From Bacteroidaceae bacterium (lineage in GTDB: Bacteria; Bacteroidota; Bacteroidia; Bacteroidales; Bacteroidaceae): a stretch of 64,000 nt of DNA. A program made the translations under genes and the position numbers. The first letter of the stretch is position 1. The number at the start of each line of letters is the position of its first letter. The notes under the pieces were generated by a model. It was not told where the DNA came from and made no database searches. It saw only the letters and a list, made by a program, of their open reading frames with translations. The stretch covers positions 32,552 through 96,551 of the forward strand of contig DAIRSI010000010.1 in assembly GCA_036804505.1 (NCBI GenBank). The letters are read 5' to 3'. Of the stretch, positions 37,243 through 47,679 are shown one piece after another.

Positions 37243-38415
37243 TTAAGGCATATACTTATAATTCATCAATTCCATTTTCAATCTTTTGATGATAAAAAAT
37301 GGCAAGGCCAAAAAGACTAGCAACATCAGGTAGGACTGCCATGCATAAATCATGGAATAACCGTTGAGTGCCTGGTTCACATAGATAAGGAAATAATGCC
37401 TTAGCGGGAATAGATAGGCGAGTCCCTGCAGAGTGGGATGCATGGCCATGCATGGGAATGTAAACCCCGACAAGGAGAATGAAAGAACACCCCAAAGTGA
37501 TGCTACACTCATGGCAAATCTAATAGAGGGAAGAGCTCCATATAAGAATAGTCCGAAAGCCTGACTGGCAAGGACTAGAAGCAAGGAGGCAAGCATCATG
37601 GGCAGTATCCCGCCGTTACACGGATAGTTCAGAAATCCGTATAAATAGGCATCGTAGAGGCTGGTCACCATGAAAAAAATAAAGGTTTGAGGCAAGAGTT
37701 TGCCTGTCAGAGCTATGATGATATTGTTGTCGGCATAGCCAAACCATTTTTTTACGGTATCGTCTTTTTGTTCTACTCCCACACTGTATATGGTCATCTG
37801 GAAAATCAGAAGCATTAAAATGCCCGGCAGGATGGTATTGCTCAGGTAAACGGAATAATTGAGCCATGGGTTGTTGAGCGCGTGGGCATCAATGGCAATC
37901 GGCTGGAGGAATGCAACAGCTTGTTTGTCGGTATATCCTTTTGCACGCAAGGTAGCTCTTCCTACCGAACCGCTTGCCAGTTCGGACATGGTACGCATTT
38001 CTTTCCACAGAAGAGAACCGGGTATCATGAATGCGTTATTCGTATAGAAAGATACCCTTGGCTGCCGGCTTGCTAAAGCTTTTTCTGTAGTATGGCGGGG
38101 AATATAGTAGAAAGCATATATCTTGCCTTGTTGCATGGCCTTACGCGCATCATCAAAGTTGGAATACTGGGCAATGATGTCAGTCATTTGGAATGCATCC
38201 AGATTGCGTACAATGCTACGGCTGGTCGATGTATTGTCCATATCGACCACTCCTACAGGCATGTTGTTAGGTAAGCCTTCTCCCATCAGAGTCGTGAAAA
38301 AGACATAACAAAAGATAGGCGCGATTATCATACAGAAAACGTATAAAGGTCGGCTTACCATTCTTTTCCATTCACGTACTGAAATAAACCATATTCTCTT
38401 TAATGCATCAACCAT
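37243..38415 (-). CDS. ABC-2 type transporter permease
   Basis: 390 aa, same topology as its neighbour. Confidence 0.85.
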   Translation of the reverse strand: MVDALKRIWFISVREWKRMVSRPLYVFCMIIAPIFCYVFFTTLMGEGLPNNMPVGVVDMDNTSTSRSIVRNLDAFQMTDIIAQYSNFDDARKAMQQGKIYAFYYIPRHTTEKALASRQPRVSFYTNNAFMIPGSLLWKEMRTMSELASGSVGRATLRAKGYTDKQAVAFLQPIAIDAHALNNPWLNYSVYLSNTILPGILMLLIFQMTIYSVGVEQKDDTVKKWFGYADNNIIIALTGKLLPQTFIFFMVTSLYDAYLYGFLNYPCNGGILPMMLASLLLVLASQAFGLFLYGALPSIRFAMSVASLWGVLSFSLSGFTFPCMAMHPTLQGLAYLFPLRHYFLIYVNQALNGYSMIYAWQSYLMLLVFLALPFFIIKRLKMELMNYKYMP

Positions 38416-38430
38416 TGCTTGGGCTTTAGA

Positions 38431-39417
38431 TTATTTCTTTGTATTGACAGTCATTCCCGCCCGAAGGCCGTCGACTTTGTATTCTGGAACAGCTTTGACT
38501 TCGAATGTCTTTAAATCGTATTGTCCTGTTGTTTTTGTAGCTTTCCATGCTGCATACGTTCCCAAGTCTTTCATGCGAACAACCTTTAAATTGATATCTT
38601 TGTTCAGTGCGGGGACATTTCCTTTGATTTCACTTCCTACGCTAATACCTTTCAGCAAGTCTTCGCGGATATTGAATGTTACCCACATGTTGTCCATGAT
38701 GGCAATATTCATGATAGGAGCTCCAGTTCCCACCAATTCACCGAGCTTTGGAAATATCTCGGTAACTTCACCATCGGTTGGGGCGGTGAGTACAGTTTCT
38801 TTCAAATAGGAATTTACTTCTGCCACGGCACCTTTTGCTCTCATGACTTGAGCTGCAGCAGCTTCCTTGTCTTCACGCTGGGCACCGTTTACAGCCATGT
38901 CATATTGTGATTTTGCCGCTTTGGCAGTAGCAGCCATAGCATCGTAATTGGCTTTGGCTTCATCTCTTTTTTGGATACTCATAACGCCTTCTTCGCAAAG
39001 ATTGTTGACTCTGACGTATGATTTCTCGGCAATTCTCAATCCGGCTAAGGCTTTTTGCCACATATCGTATGCTCCTTGAATCATCTCAGCACGAGTTCCC
39101 TTTTCGGCCTTGTTGCTGATGGCCTGAGCTGCGTTTTCCGCCGCTTGTGCCTGATCCAATTTAGCCTTTACTTCCGGGGCTTCGAGGATAACTAAGGTAT
39201 CACCAACGTTTACTTTATCTCCCTCTTGAACCATGAAATGAAGAATACGCGCCGGAACCTTACTTGATACTCTGTACTCATCAACATCGGCTTCTCCCTG
39301 GATAATTTCCGGTTCATGACCCAAAACCAGGAAACCAATGATACAGACTCCCGCAACGACACCTAGCAAGGTGAACAATGCAAGCAACATGTTGCTCTTC
39401 TGTGATCTTTCTGACAT
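38431..39417 (-). CDS. HlyD-family membrane fusion protein
   Basis: 328 aa. N-terminal TM anchor, a lipoyl-like segment (..GDKVNVGDTLVILE..), an alanine-rich coiled coil and a beta-barrel C-terminus. Confidence 0.88.
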   Translation of the reverse strand: MSERSQKSNMLLALFTLLGVVAGVCIIGFLVLGHEPEIIQGEADVDEYRVSSKVPARILHFMVQEGDKVNVGDTLVILEAPEVKAKLDQAQAAENAAQAISNKAEKGTRAEMIQGAYDMWQKALAGLRIAEKSYVRVNNLCEEGVMSIQKRDEAKANYDAMAATAKAAKSQYDMAVNGAQREDKEAAAAQVMRAKGAVAEVNSYLKETVLTAPTDGEVTEIFPKLGELVGTGAPIMNIAIMDNMWVTFNIREDLLKGISVGSEIKGNVPALNKDINLKVVRMKDLGTYAAWKATKTTGQYDLKTFEVKAVPEYKVDGLRAGMTVNTKK

Positions 39418-39436
39418 ATCGTTTTTTATTAATTTT

Positions 39437-40906
39437 TTAATGAATAATACCCAAAGATTTCTTCAAATAAACGTCGGCCATCTGAACATCGATTTGTGCA
39501 TCAATCTTTGCTGATTGAGCTTTCAACCATGCAGTCTGAGCTTCTAGAACGTTGCTTGTAGGTATAACTCCTTCCTTGAAACCCAAATTGGCATATCGTA
39601 AATTTTCGTCGGCTTTTTCTCTGTCTTTCAATGCCATAGCAAGTCTTTTGTTGGCTTCATTGACCTTGAAAGTGCTTTGATTAACTTGCAATTCAATCTT
39701 TTCTTTGGCATCATCAAGCTGATACTGAATGCTTCGGGCATCAGCCTTGGCAGCACGTACTTTGTATGTTCCTTCACCCCAATGGTAGATGGGAACCGTG
39801 ACAGCGACGCCTACATTCCACATACCTTTGAACTTTTTCTCGAATCCATTGTACAGGGATGGGTTGGAGACAATATAATTTCCCATAAATACAACCTGTG
39901 GAAGGAAATCTGCACGCGTTACATTGATTTTTTGTTTATAGATGTTGGTTGCCCATTTTAGACTTTCAAGCTCAGGACGGTTGTTCCATGCTGTTTCAAT
40001 ATCGGCAGTGGGATGTGATTCCACTACAGGTATTTCTTCTTTCTGCTCATCAGCACAGCGTATGTCGGATGTAATATCCATTCCGCACAACTGGCAAAGC
40101 AGCATTCTGCTTAAACTCAATCCATCCTCCACTTGCGTAAGAGTCATATTGCCTTCGTTGACTTTCACTTTCACTGAAAGGCCATCAGCTTTTGTGGCAA
40201 CACCTTCTTTAATCATCTTTTCCACATCGCTATCAAGTTTCTCTACCAAAGTGAGATAACTCTCTGCAAGTTTTTTCTTGTTGGCCAGTGAAACCACTTG
40301 CCAATATGCTTGGTCGGTATTTAGGATTACGTCCTGCATGCTACCTTTTTGTTGGGATTTTGCAAGATTTTCAGCAAAGTGGGTAATTTTGTTATAGGCA
40401 ATAATTTTTCCACCCATGTAGATAGGCTGTGTCAGAGTAAGAGCACCACCATAAACATTGCGGGTATCTGTTCTGAATGCATCTACGATGGATTGTCCAA
40501 AACTATTTAATGGAGTTGCAATATCCATAGAGGCTAATGGGGCGAGAATGGTCTGCAAGTTGGGATTAACTGTGATAAGTTGCTTCAGTGCACCTTGAAG
40601 TTGGGTTTGTGTAGTGGTTCCAACTCCCGAAAGAGCTTCTTTTTGATCATTATTCAAAAGGGAAAGTTCTTTTTCATTGTGCATGTAGGTTCCTTCTGCT
40701 GTGAAATTCGGTAAGAATTTGGTGAAAGCGGCTTTCTTTTCATAATAAGCTGAATTGACTTTTTCGTGGGCAATTTTTAAATCCTTATTATTTCGCAAGG
40801 CCATGGCACGACAACTGTCCAATGTCAGTACCGCTTGAGCCTGCAATCCAAGGAAAGTTCCTCCTATGCAGAAAAATCCACATAACATTCGTTTGCTTAT
40901 TCTCAT
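39437..40906 (-). CDS. TolC-family outer membrane efflux protein
   Basis: 489 aa. Signal peptide ..GLQAQA and two OEP repeats. Confidence 0.88.
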   Translation of the reverse strand: MRISKRMLCGFFCIGGTFLGLQAQAVLTLDSCRAMALRNNKDLKIAHEKVNSAYYEKKAAFTKFLPNFTAEGTYMHNEKELSLLNNDQKEALSGVGTTTQTQLQGALKQLITVNPNLQTILAPLASMDIATPLNSFGQSIVDAFRTDTRNVYGGALTLTQPIYMGGKIIAYNKITHFAENLAKSQQKGSMQDVILNTDQAYWQVVSLANKKKLAESYLTLVEKLDSDVEKMIKEGVATKADGLSVKVKVNEGNMTLTQVEDGLSLSRMLLCQLCGMDITSDIRCADEQKEEIPVVESHPTADIETAWNNRPELESLKWATNIYKQKINVTRADFLPQVVFMGNYIVSNPSLYNGFEKKFKGMWNVGVAVTVPIYHWGEGTYKVRAAKADARSIQYQLDDAKEKIELQVNQSTFKVNEANKRLAMALKDREKADENLRYANLGFKEGVIPTSNVLEAQTAWLKAQSAKIDAQIDVQMADVYLKKSLGIIH

Positions 40907-40919
40907 ATTTGTTTAATTA

Positions 40920-41801
40920 TTATTTCAACGTAAATGAACTGGAACCTATCATATTTCCATCTGAGAAAATATTAACGCGGTAAGTTCCTGCTTGCAGGAA
41001 TTCTTCTACATCCCAAAATACAGTTACGGGAAGTTCTTCACCTGTGTATTCAACATATTTTTTAATGGAGTAACTCAACTGCTTGTTTTCATAAGGAAAT
41101 GTAGCACTGCTGTTTTTTGTCAGTACATCATTATCGGGTTTTGTAATTCTAATGTAAACGGCACGTTCACCGGTACTGGCGGTAATATTCTTTACAATAG
41201 TAAAATTAATGGCAATTTTGGTTACATCCTTGGCATTAAATTTAGTCTTTCCTCTTTTGTTCTTTGGAACGACTCCTATGTTTGTCACATCTAATTGTGC
41301 TGCTAAAGTTACCTTGGCATTCAACGACTTTTTCTCTTCGCTTAACGAACTTATTTTTTGGGTTGCTTCGTTGTATTGCTGCTTGACTTCTTTATTCTCA
41401 GCTGTCAATGCAATATTTGCACGATTCAAAGAGTCAATCTGAATAACATAACTGCGAAGAACTGCGCGAACAGTTCTCAGTTCTTTTTTTAAGCGCATGA
41501 TTTCTGCGGCATCAGTAGTTTTTACTTGACGCAACTCTTCCAGCAGTCTTTGGGTCTTGATCTTTTCACTCTCAAGTTTCTGTTGGATGGAATCATTGTT
41601 TATTCTGACTTGCAGTTCATCGTATTGTACGGCAAAATTTGAGTATTCGTTTTCCATCTCTTCTTTTTCAATCTTGAAGAGTTGAGCCATGTCTTTATTT
41701 TCTTTTTTCTGTTTCCTTAATTCTAATCCCAGAAGAATGAGACTGACAAGGACAATGACACTCAGGACGCTAATAATAATGGTGAACTTCTTTTTATTCA
41801 T
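40920..41801 (-). CDS. membrane-anchored coiled-coil protein of unknown function with a beta-rich C-terminal domain
   Basis: 293 aa. N-terminal TM (FTIIISVLSVIVLVSLILLGL), then ~150 aa of heptad-like K/E/Q-rich sequence, then ~115 aa of alternating-pattern C-terminus. 13 nt upstream of the TolC-like gene. Confidence 0.7.
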   Translation of the reverse strand: MNKKKFTIIISVLSVIVLVSLILLGLELRKQKKENKDMAQLFKIEKEEMENEYSNFAVQYDELQVRINNDSIQQKLESEKIKTQRLLEELRQVKTTDAAEIMRLKKELRTVRAVLRSYVIQIDSLNRANIALTAENKEVKQQYNEATQKISSLSEEKKSLNAKVTLAAQLDVTNIGVVPKNKRGKTKFNAKDVTKIAINFTIVKNITASTGERAVYIRITKPDNDVLTKNSSATFPYENKQLSYSIKKYVEYTGEELPVTVFWDVEEFLQAGTYRVNIFSDGNMIGSSSFTLK

Positions 41802-41852
41802 ATTATAATTTAATTGACATCTATTTGGTTAATACATGTATTAAAAACGTTG

Positions 41853-41860
41853 CAAAAGTA
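41853..41860 (-). promoter_or_regulatory. Bacteroides-type -7 box (TACTTTTG on minus strand)
   Basis: CAAAAGTA on + strand, ~51 nt upstream of ATG 41801. Confidence 0.45.
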
Positions 41861-42013
41861 ATACTTTTTATACGAAGAATCGTAAAATAATTCCTGTTTT
41901 TTTGGTCATTTTTACTTCTTATCAACTATTTTTATGTTTTTTTACGCAAGAATTACAAGAAAGTCTTTTTCAAGGTGAAAGTGCCTGTTTTCGGATATTT
42001 TGTAATAAGGCGA

Positions 42014-42047
42014 TAAGAAAAACAGATAAAAATATTTTTGGTCTGTT
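42014..42047 (-). terminator. weak AT-rich terminator candidate after the DMT-like gene
   Basis: AACAGA / TCTGTT stem enclosing the palindrome AAAAATATTTTT, with a T-run on the minus strand. Confidence 0.3.
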
Positions 42048-42073
42048 AGTAATATTTCAGATATTTATGTATC

Positions 42074-42442
42074 TTATTTTAGAAAAGCAAAATATACGGC
42101 CATAATCAGGCAAACAAAAGCAGCCAAGTGGTTCCAATGCAACGATTCTCCCTTGAAGAGAACTGTTGCAAATATTGTAAAAATTGTCAGCGTGATTACT
42201 TCTTGTATGACTTTTAATTGCATGAGACTGAAAGGACCGCCATTTTCCCGGAATCCGATTCTATTCGCCGGTACCTGAAAACAATACTCTGCAAAAGCAA
42301 TACCCCATGAAAAAAGAATAACCAGCCAAAGGGGCCAATTGGATATTATTTTCATTTCTTGTAATTTCAAGTGTCCGTACCAGGCCAGCGTCATGAATAT
42401 ATTGGAAATGACAAGCAGAGAGATTGTATATAGTTCTTTCAT
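42074..42442 (-). CDS. DMT-superfamily small membrane protein (DUF486-like)
   Basis: About 122 aa from ATG 42442 (MKELYTISLLVISNIFMTLAWYGHLK), 4 TMs. The start lies 2 nt after the upstream HAD gene stop. Confidence 0.75.
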   Translation of the reverse strand: MKELYTISLLVISNIFMTLAWYGHLKLQEMKIISNWPLWLVILFSWGIAFAEYCFQVPANRIGFRENGGPFSLMQLKVIQEVITLTIFTIFATVLFKGESLHWNHLAAFVCLIMAVYFAFLK

Positions 42443-42444
42443 AG

Positions 42445-43179
42445 TTATGATTCTTTCATTGATTGTAGAACATTCTCCCAATTGTTGCAGAAATCTTGCA
42501 TCGAGTGAAAAAGTAAGTTTGCACCTTTATCATGCAAAAGATGATCGGAAAGAGGACCCGTGTTTACAGCAATGGTGAATATTCCTGCAGCAACTCCTGC
42601 TTCTATTCCAAGAGGGGCATTTTCTATAACGATGGCTTCTTGCGGTTTGAGCTTTCCTTTTTTAAGTCCCATCAGATAAGGTTCAGGGTTAGGCTTGCCA
42701 TATTTCACATCAAAAGCCGTTACCATCATTTCTTCACGGAACATATCAGGGAAATTCCGGTTTAATCGTTCCAATAATGTAACTTGCCCCGAACCTGTAA
42801 TTACCATGGAAAAAAGTCCATCTGATTTTATTTTTTGGAGGACTTCCCATGCGCCCGGCATTCGTTGGGCTTTGGGGCATTTGTTGAACTCTTCTGTTTT
42901 CGTCTTATATATCTTTTGTTTTTCCTCTTCTGTTGCAGAACGTCCTAATTGTCTTTTACAAACAATATCGATGGTTGATGCACCTGTTCTGCCTTCATGT
43001 TCATAGGCTTCTTCATAAGGCAGATCCAGATCATATTTCTTCATCGCTTCATGCCATGAGTGAGCGTGATTTTTCATTGAATCGAATAGCACTCCATCCA
43101 TATCAAACATTACTGCTTTCAAATCCATGTGATCATATCTATTTTCCTGCAGGTATTTTTTTATTTCTTTTTCAAACAT
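42445..43179 (-). CDS. HAD-IA family hydrolase, beta-phosphoglucomutase-like
   Basis: Motif I VMFDMDGVLFDS, ..ITGSG.., ..KPNPEPY.., ..ENAPLGIEAG... Confidence 0.85.
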   Translation of the reverse strand: MFEKEIKKYLQENRYDHMDLKAVMFDMDGVLFDSMKNHAHSWHEAMKKYDLDLPYEEAYEHEGRTGASTIDIVCKRQLGRSATEEEKQKIYKTKTEEFNKCPKAQRMPGAWEVLQKIKSDGLFSMVITGSGQVTLLERLNRNFPDMFREEMMVTAFDVKYGKPNPEPYLMGLKKGKLKPQEAIVIENAPLGIEAGVAAGIFTIAVNTGPLSDHLLHDKGANLLFHSMQDFCNNWENVLQSMKES

Positions 43180-43188
43180 GTTTCTTTA

Positions 43189-45231
43189 TTAAAAATTAAA
43201 CCCTACGCCTAAGTAAAACCCTACTTTTTTTGTTTCGTTTGACCAGCTGAATGTCGCTGACATCGGGCCTAAAAAAGTATCGTAGGCATAGGTTGCTCCG
43301 ATACCGAATATAGGATCTGCCACAGATAGATTATAGAATCTTTCTCCAAAGATTCCTACATTACCGGTTAGTGTGACATATTGGTTTTCGGTGAGTCTCT
43401 GCCTTATTTTAAGACCACTTATAATAGCTTTGTTTTCAGCATAGGTTATATTATTGATACCGGCAAATGGCATTTGTTGGGAATAGTACCTTCCAAAATA
43501 TTCGCCGCCGATGAAGTTACGGATGGAAAGAGGGGCATCTACAGCAAGAACCAGACGTCCGTATATTGATGGTTCTATGGCGAGACGATCTCCCAGCATG
43601 AGTACCGACATCCAGTTGGCACTTACTACAGAGATAGCATTCAAATCTTTATATTTGATGAAATTATCCGTATAGAGTGAGTAATTGATATTCCATCTCA
43701 TTCCCTTTGTAGGAAAACTTCTTTTATCGAGATTGGAATATAAAAGATGACCGTAGTAGGAGATAAGTGATGTCCCGCTTTTCTCTATTGGAATACCTTT
43801 CAGATCTTGAGGCATAAGAAGATCGCTGTAGTGGAAGAATTCACATCGGGCTCCTATTTCAAAACGAAGTTTTCGCCAGTTGCTTAGCAGAGTTCCTTCA
43901 AACATGTGCCGGCTGTAGGAGTAGTTCACTATTTTGTTCCCTTTCTTGTTTATGTCAAGATCATTGTAGTCGAATTGATAACCAAGCTTGAAATCGCTCT
44001 TGTTATTGAACATATGAAGCATATAATCCATTCTGGTCATTACAAATTTTCCGAGACGAACGGTAAGGTCTATCTGTTTTGTCTTATTCTTGTTTATATT
44101 TACATATGTATTGAAAAGAAGAGATGCGAGGGTTTCATTGTCGAAACGAATACCCAAACTTAGTGAATTGTCGGGCTTGTCTCCCGGATAAATTTCCTTT
44201 ACAATATCTGTTTTGCCTGTTTTGGGAAATTGATAGGGCTTTCTTGTTTCTGTCTTGTCATATGATGTAAGACCTATTTTTTCTTTCAGTAGTTTCAATT
44301 CGTCCCATTTGTCATAGGCTGCGGTTTCTCCTCTTTGAAGCAAAGTATCGATAGCGGCGGGACTAAAACTTGCTGCAGAATAGCCTTTTATATTTACCTT
44401 TATATGGACATCACTGTTCTTGACATTTTCTTCGTATTTGTTGGCACATAATATGTTGACCACCTGACCGATGATTTCAGTCAGACCATTTAATTCATTG
44501 GCATTGGCAAGAGTGTCCGCTACATCTACTCCGATGACGATGTCGGCTCCCATTCCCCTGGCCACATCAACGGGATAGTTATCACTCATACCACCATCAA
44601 CCAATACCATGTTATTCCATTTGACGGGGTTGAAAACTCCGGGGATTGACATACTGGAACGCATGGCTAATGCCAATTTGCCACTGTGAAAAATATATTC
44701 CTTTCCTTTTGATATATCGTAGGATACGCATGCAAAAGGTATTGGAAGTTTGTTGAAGTCAATTGAATCATGATACTGTCCCGTTAGCTTCGATAAAAGA
44801 ATGGCAATGTTTCTTCCATGAATGACTCCGCCTCCAGCCAATAAATCTGTGGGGCTTTTGTGAAAAGGTACGGTCAAAACATACTGACCTGATTTTTCAC
44901 GTTTGTTCAGTGATTCATTTTCATTGCTTGAAGCGTCAGTAAGCAGGAATTTCCAGTCTTGGGAACGTACAAGACTGTCCATTTGTGCGGTTGTATATCC
45001 TATGGAATAAAGTGCACCGATGAGACTTCCCATACTTGTGCCTACCACATAGTCTATGGGAATGCCTGCTTCTTCAATCACTTTCAGAGCACTTATATGT
45101 GCAACTCCCTTTGCGCCGCCGCCACTAAGAACTACCGCAACTTTTTTTCGGTTTTTAGTGGGATTTTGTACGGCAAGAGCTGATTGAAAAAGAAGACATA
45201 AGAGTCCTATCAATATCACTGTTTTCCTCAT
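43189..45231 (-). CDS. patatin-like phospholipase fused to an Omp85/BamA-like C-terminal beta-barrel
   Basis: Signal peptide, GGGAKG oxyanion motif, GTSMG (GxSxG) and DGG dyad. About 350 aa of beta-strand-pattern C-terminus ends ..GVGFNF (OMP beta-signal). Confidence 0.88.
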   Translation of the reverse strand: MRKTVILIGLLCLLFQSALAVQNPTKNRKKVAVVLSGGGAKGVAHISALKVIEEAGIPIDYVVGTSMGSLIGALYSIGYTTAQMDSLVRSQDWKFLLTDASSNENESLNKREKSGQYVLTVPFHKSPTDLLAGGGVIHGRNIAILLSKLTGQYHDSIDFNKLPIPFACVSYDISKGKEYIFHSGKLALAMRSSMSIPGVFNPVKWNNMVLVDGGMSDNYPVDVARGMGADIVIGVDVADTLANANELNGLTEIIGQVVNILCANKYEENVKNSDVHIKVNIKGYSAASFSPAAIDTLLQRGETAAYDKWDELKLLKEKIGLTSYDKTETRKPYQFPKTGKTDIVKEIYPGDKPDNSLSLGIRFDNETLASLLFNTYVNINKNKTKQIDLTVRLGKFVMTRMDYMLHMFNNKSDFKLGYQFDYNDLDINKKGNKIVNYSYSRHMFEGTLLSNWRKLRFEIGARCEFFHYSDLLMPQDLKGIPIEKSGTSLISYYGHLLYSNLDKRSFPTKGMRWNINYSLYTDNFIKYKDLNAISVVSANWMSVLMLGDRLAIEPSIYGRLVLAVDAPLSIRNFIGGEYFGRYYSQQMPFAGINNITYAENKAIISGLKIRQRLTENQYVTLTGNVGIFGERFYNLSVADPIFGIGATYAYDTFLGPMSATFSWSNETKKVGFYLGVGFNF

Positions 45232-45257
45232 AAGGTCTTCTATTCACTAGAGATTCT

Positions 45258-45295
45258 ATAAAAAGCAGAGCGTTGACAGATAAGCAACGCCCTGC
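45258..45295 (-). terminator. rho-independent terminator of pgi
   Basis: Stem GCAGAGCGTTG / CAACGCCCTGC (10/11 bp), followed on the minus strand by TTTTTAT. Confidence 0.65.
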
Positions 45296-45324
45296 AATAT
45301 TTTCATGACTTCCGGATAAATGAA

Positions 45325-46671
45325 TTACAGTCTGGCTTGGATGGCCTTAGACTCTGCTTCATATCCCGGCTTGTTGAGAAGGGCAAACATGTTTTTCTTG
45401 TAAGCTTCCACTCCAGGTTGGTTGAATGGATTGACTCCAAGAACATAGCCGCTTATACCACAAGCTTTTTCGAAGAAGTAAATGATCTGTCCTAAATAAT
45501 ATTCGTTTAATTCAGGAACAGACAGACGGATGTTAGGAACTCCGCCATCTACATGTGCCAATTGGGTCCCGAGTTCGGCCATCTTGTTTACTTCATCTAC
45601 TCTTTTGCCGGCCAGGAAATTCAGTCCGTCCAGATTTTCTTCATCAGATGGTACTTTCAGGTCATGATTGGGCTTTTCAACGGAAATAACTGTTTCAAAA
45701 ATAGTGCGTTCACCTTCCTGAATCCATTGTCCCATTGAATGGAGATCCGTGGAGAAATCTACAGCTGCCGGGAATATTCCTTTCAAATCTTTTCCTTCTG
45801 ACTCTCCGTATAATTGTTTCCACCATTCCATGATGAAATGTAATTTTGGCTGGAAATTGACCAAAATTTCAATTTTCTTTCCTTTTTCGGCATAAAGAGC
45901 ATTACGAGTAGCTGCATAGATGGCACAGGGGTTTTCAGCAAACGGAATGTTCAAGGCAGTTTGAGCTTCCATATCCTTTGCTCCTTCCACTAACTTCACA
46001 ATATCAAAGCCGGCAGCTGCAATAGGCAGTAAACCAACTGGGGTGAGTACTGAAAAACGGCCGCCGACATTATCGGGGATGATGAAAGACTTGTAGCCTT
46101 CTTTATCTGCTGTGATTCTGGCAGCACCTTTCTTTGCATCGGTGATGGCAACGATTACTTTCTTTGCCATATCTTTGCCGCGCTGGTCTTCGCATTGTTT
46201 CTTCAGCAAGCGGAAGGCCAAAGCTGTTTCGGTGGTTGTTCCGGATTTTGATATATTGATGACGCCGAATTTCTTGTTTTTCAAGAAAGAAGTCAATTCT
46301 GAAAGATAGTCTTCACTAATATTGTTCCCGGCATAAATGATGACAGGGCTTTTGCCGTCATTAATCAGCCATTGGAAACTGTTGGACAAGGCTTCGATAA
46401 CCGCTCTTGCACCAAGATAACTTCCTCCGATTCCGGCTACTACAACTACTTCGCAGTTTTCGCGGAGAGTTTTTGCAGTTGATTCGATATCAGCCAAATG
46501 CTCTTTTGTAATGGATGATGGTAAATGTAACCATCCCAAGAAATCGTTACCCAGACCTTTTCCGTCTTCAAGTGTTTCCATTGCCTTTTTTACCTGAGGT
46601 TCGTAAGCGGCAATTTTTTCCTTTGAAACAAAGGAAGACACTTTGTCAATGTTCAAACTAATATTTTTCAT
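45325..46671 (-). CDS. pgi: glucose-6-phosphate isomerase
   Basis: 448 aa; ..[16 protein letters not shown].. and a full-length PGI pattern. Confidence 0.93.
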   Translation of the reverse strand: MKNISLNIDKVSSFVSKEKIAAYEPQVKKAMETLEDGKGLGNDFLGWLHLPSSITKEHLADIESTAKTLRENCEVVVVAGIGGSYLGARAVIEALSNSFQWLINDGKSPVIIYAGNNISEDYLSELTSFLKNKKFGVINISKSGTTTETALAFRLLKKQCEDQRGKDMAKKVIVAITDAKKGAARITADKEGYKSFIIPDNVGGRFSVLTPVGLLPIAAAGFDIVKLVEGAKDMEAQTALNIPFAENPCAIYAATRNALYAEKGKKIEILVNFQPKLHFIMEWWKQLYGESEGKDLKGIFPAAVDFSTDLHSMGQWIQEGERTIFETVISVEKPNHDLKVPSDEENLDGLNFLAGKRVDEVNKMAELGTQLAHVDGGVPNIRLSVPELNEYYLGQIIYFFEKACGISGYVLGVNPFNQPGVEAYKKNMFALLNKPGYEAESKAIQARL

Positions 46672-46675
46672 ACTT

Positions 46676-47674
46676 TTATCTTAATGAATCTGTTAAAAGT
46701 TTAATTTCAATAGTCGGAGAAATGCGTTCATACAGAATGTTATAAATAGCATCCATAATCGGCATATTGACATGATAGTGTTTATTCAGTTCTTTGATAC
46801 ATTTTGTTCCATAATATCCTTCGGCAATCATTTCCATTTCTATTTGGGCGCTTTTCACAGAATATCCTTTGCCTATCATCGTACCGAATACCCTGTTTCT
46901 ACTAAAATTGGAATAACCTGTGACCAAAAGGTCTCCCAGGTATACAGAATCTTCCACATTGCGGTGAATGGGGTGGACGGTATCCAGAAAACGTTTCATC
47001 TCCTGAATGGAATTCGACATCAGCACCGCTTGGAAATTGTCGCCATATTTTAATCCGCTGCAGATTCCGGCTGCGATTGCATATACATTCTTCAAGACAG
47101 ATCCGAATTCAATGCCGTCTACATCATCGCTTACGGATGTCTTAATGTATTGGTTGGCAAGTCTTTTTGCAAATGTCTTGGCATTTTCAATGTCCTTGCA
47201 TCCTATCGTCAGATAGGAAAGGCGTTCCAAAGCAACCTCTTCAGCATGGCAAGGGCCAGCCAAAACAGCTATCTGCGACTGAGGAACATCATACTGCTTA
47301 TGGAAATATTCCGAAATAATCATATTGTCGTCAGGAACTATTCCTTTGATGGCCGTGACTATGAATTTATCCTTAATTTTGGATTTGAGCTTCTTCAAGT
47401 GAATTTTAAGATAAGGTGAAGGAGTAACAAAAATAAGGGTATCCGATTCATTTACCACTTTATTGATATCGGAAGAAAAATTGATGCGTTTGACATCAAA
47501 ACGTACACTCGTCAGATAGGCCGGATTATGCCCTAACCGCTTGAAATCCTCAATACGGTCATCTCTTCTCATGTACCAGTTGATGGATTCTTCACGTGCC
47601 AGCACTATTTTTGCAATGGCAGTTGCCCAACTGCCACCACCCATAATAGCTATTTTACCTTCGGGAGTAATCAT
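46676..47674 (-). CDS. gpsA: NAD(P)H-dependent glycerol-3-phosphate dehydrogenase
   Basis: 332 aa. N-terminal [12 protein letters not shown] Rossmann motif and ..[11 protein letters not shown]... Confidence 0.92.
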   Translation of the reverse strand: MITPEGKIAIMGGGSWATAIAKIVLAREESINWYMRRDDRIEDFKRLGHNPAYLTSVRFDVKRINFSSDINKVVNESDTLIFVTPSPYLKIHLKKLKSKIKDKFIVTAIKGIVPDDNMIISEYFHKQYDVPQSQIAVLAGPCHAEEVALERLSYLTIGCKDIENAKTFAKRLANQYIKTSVSDDVDGIEFGSVLKNVYAIAAGICSGLKYGDNFQAVLMSNSIQEMKRFLDTVHPIHRNVEDSVYLGDLLVTGYSNFSRNRVFGTMIGKGYSVKSAQIEMEMIAEGYYGTKCIKELNKHYHVNMPIMDAIYNILYERISPTIEIKLLTDSLR

Positions 47675-47679
47675 ATTTT

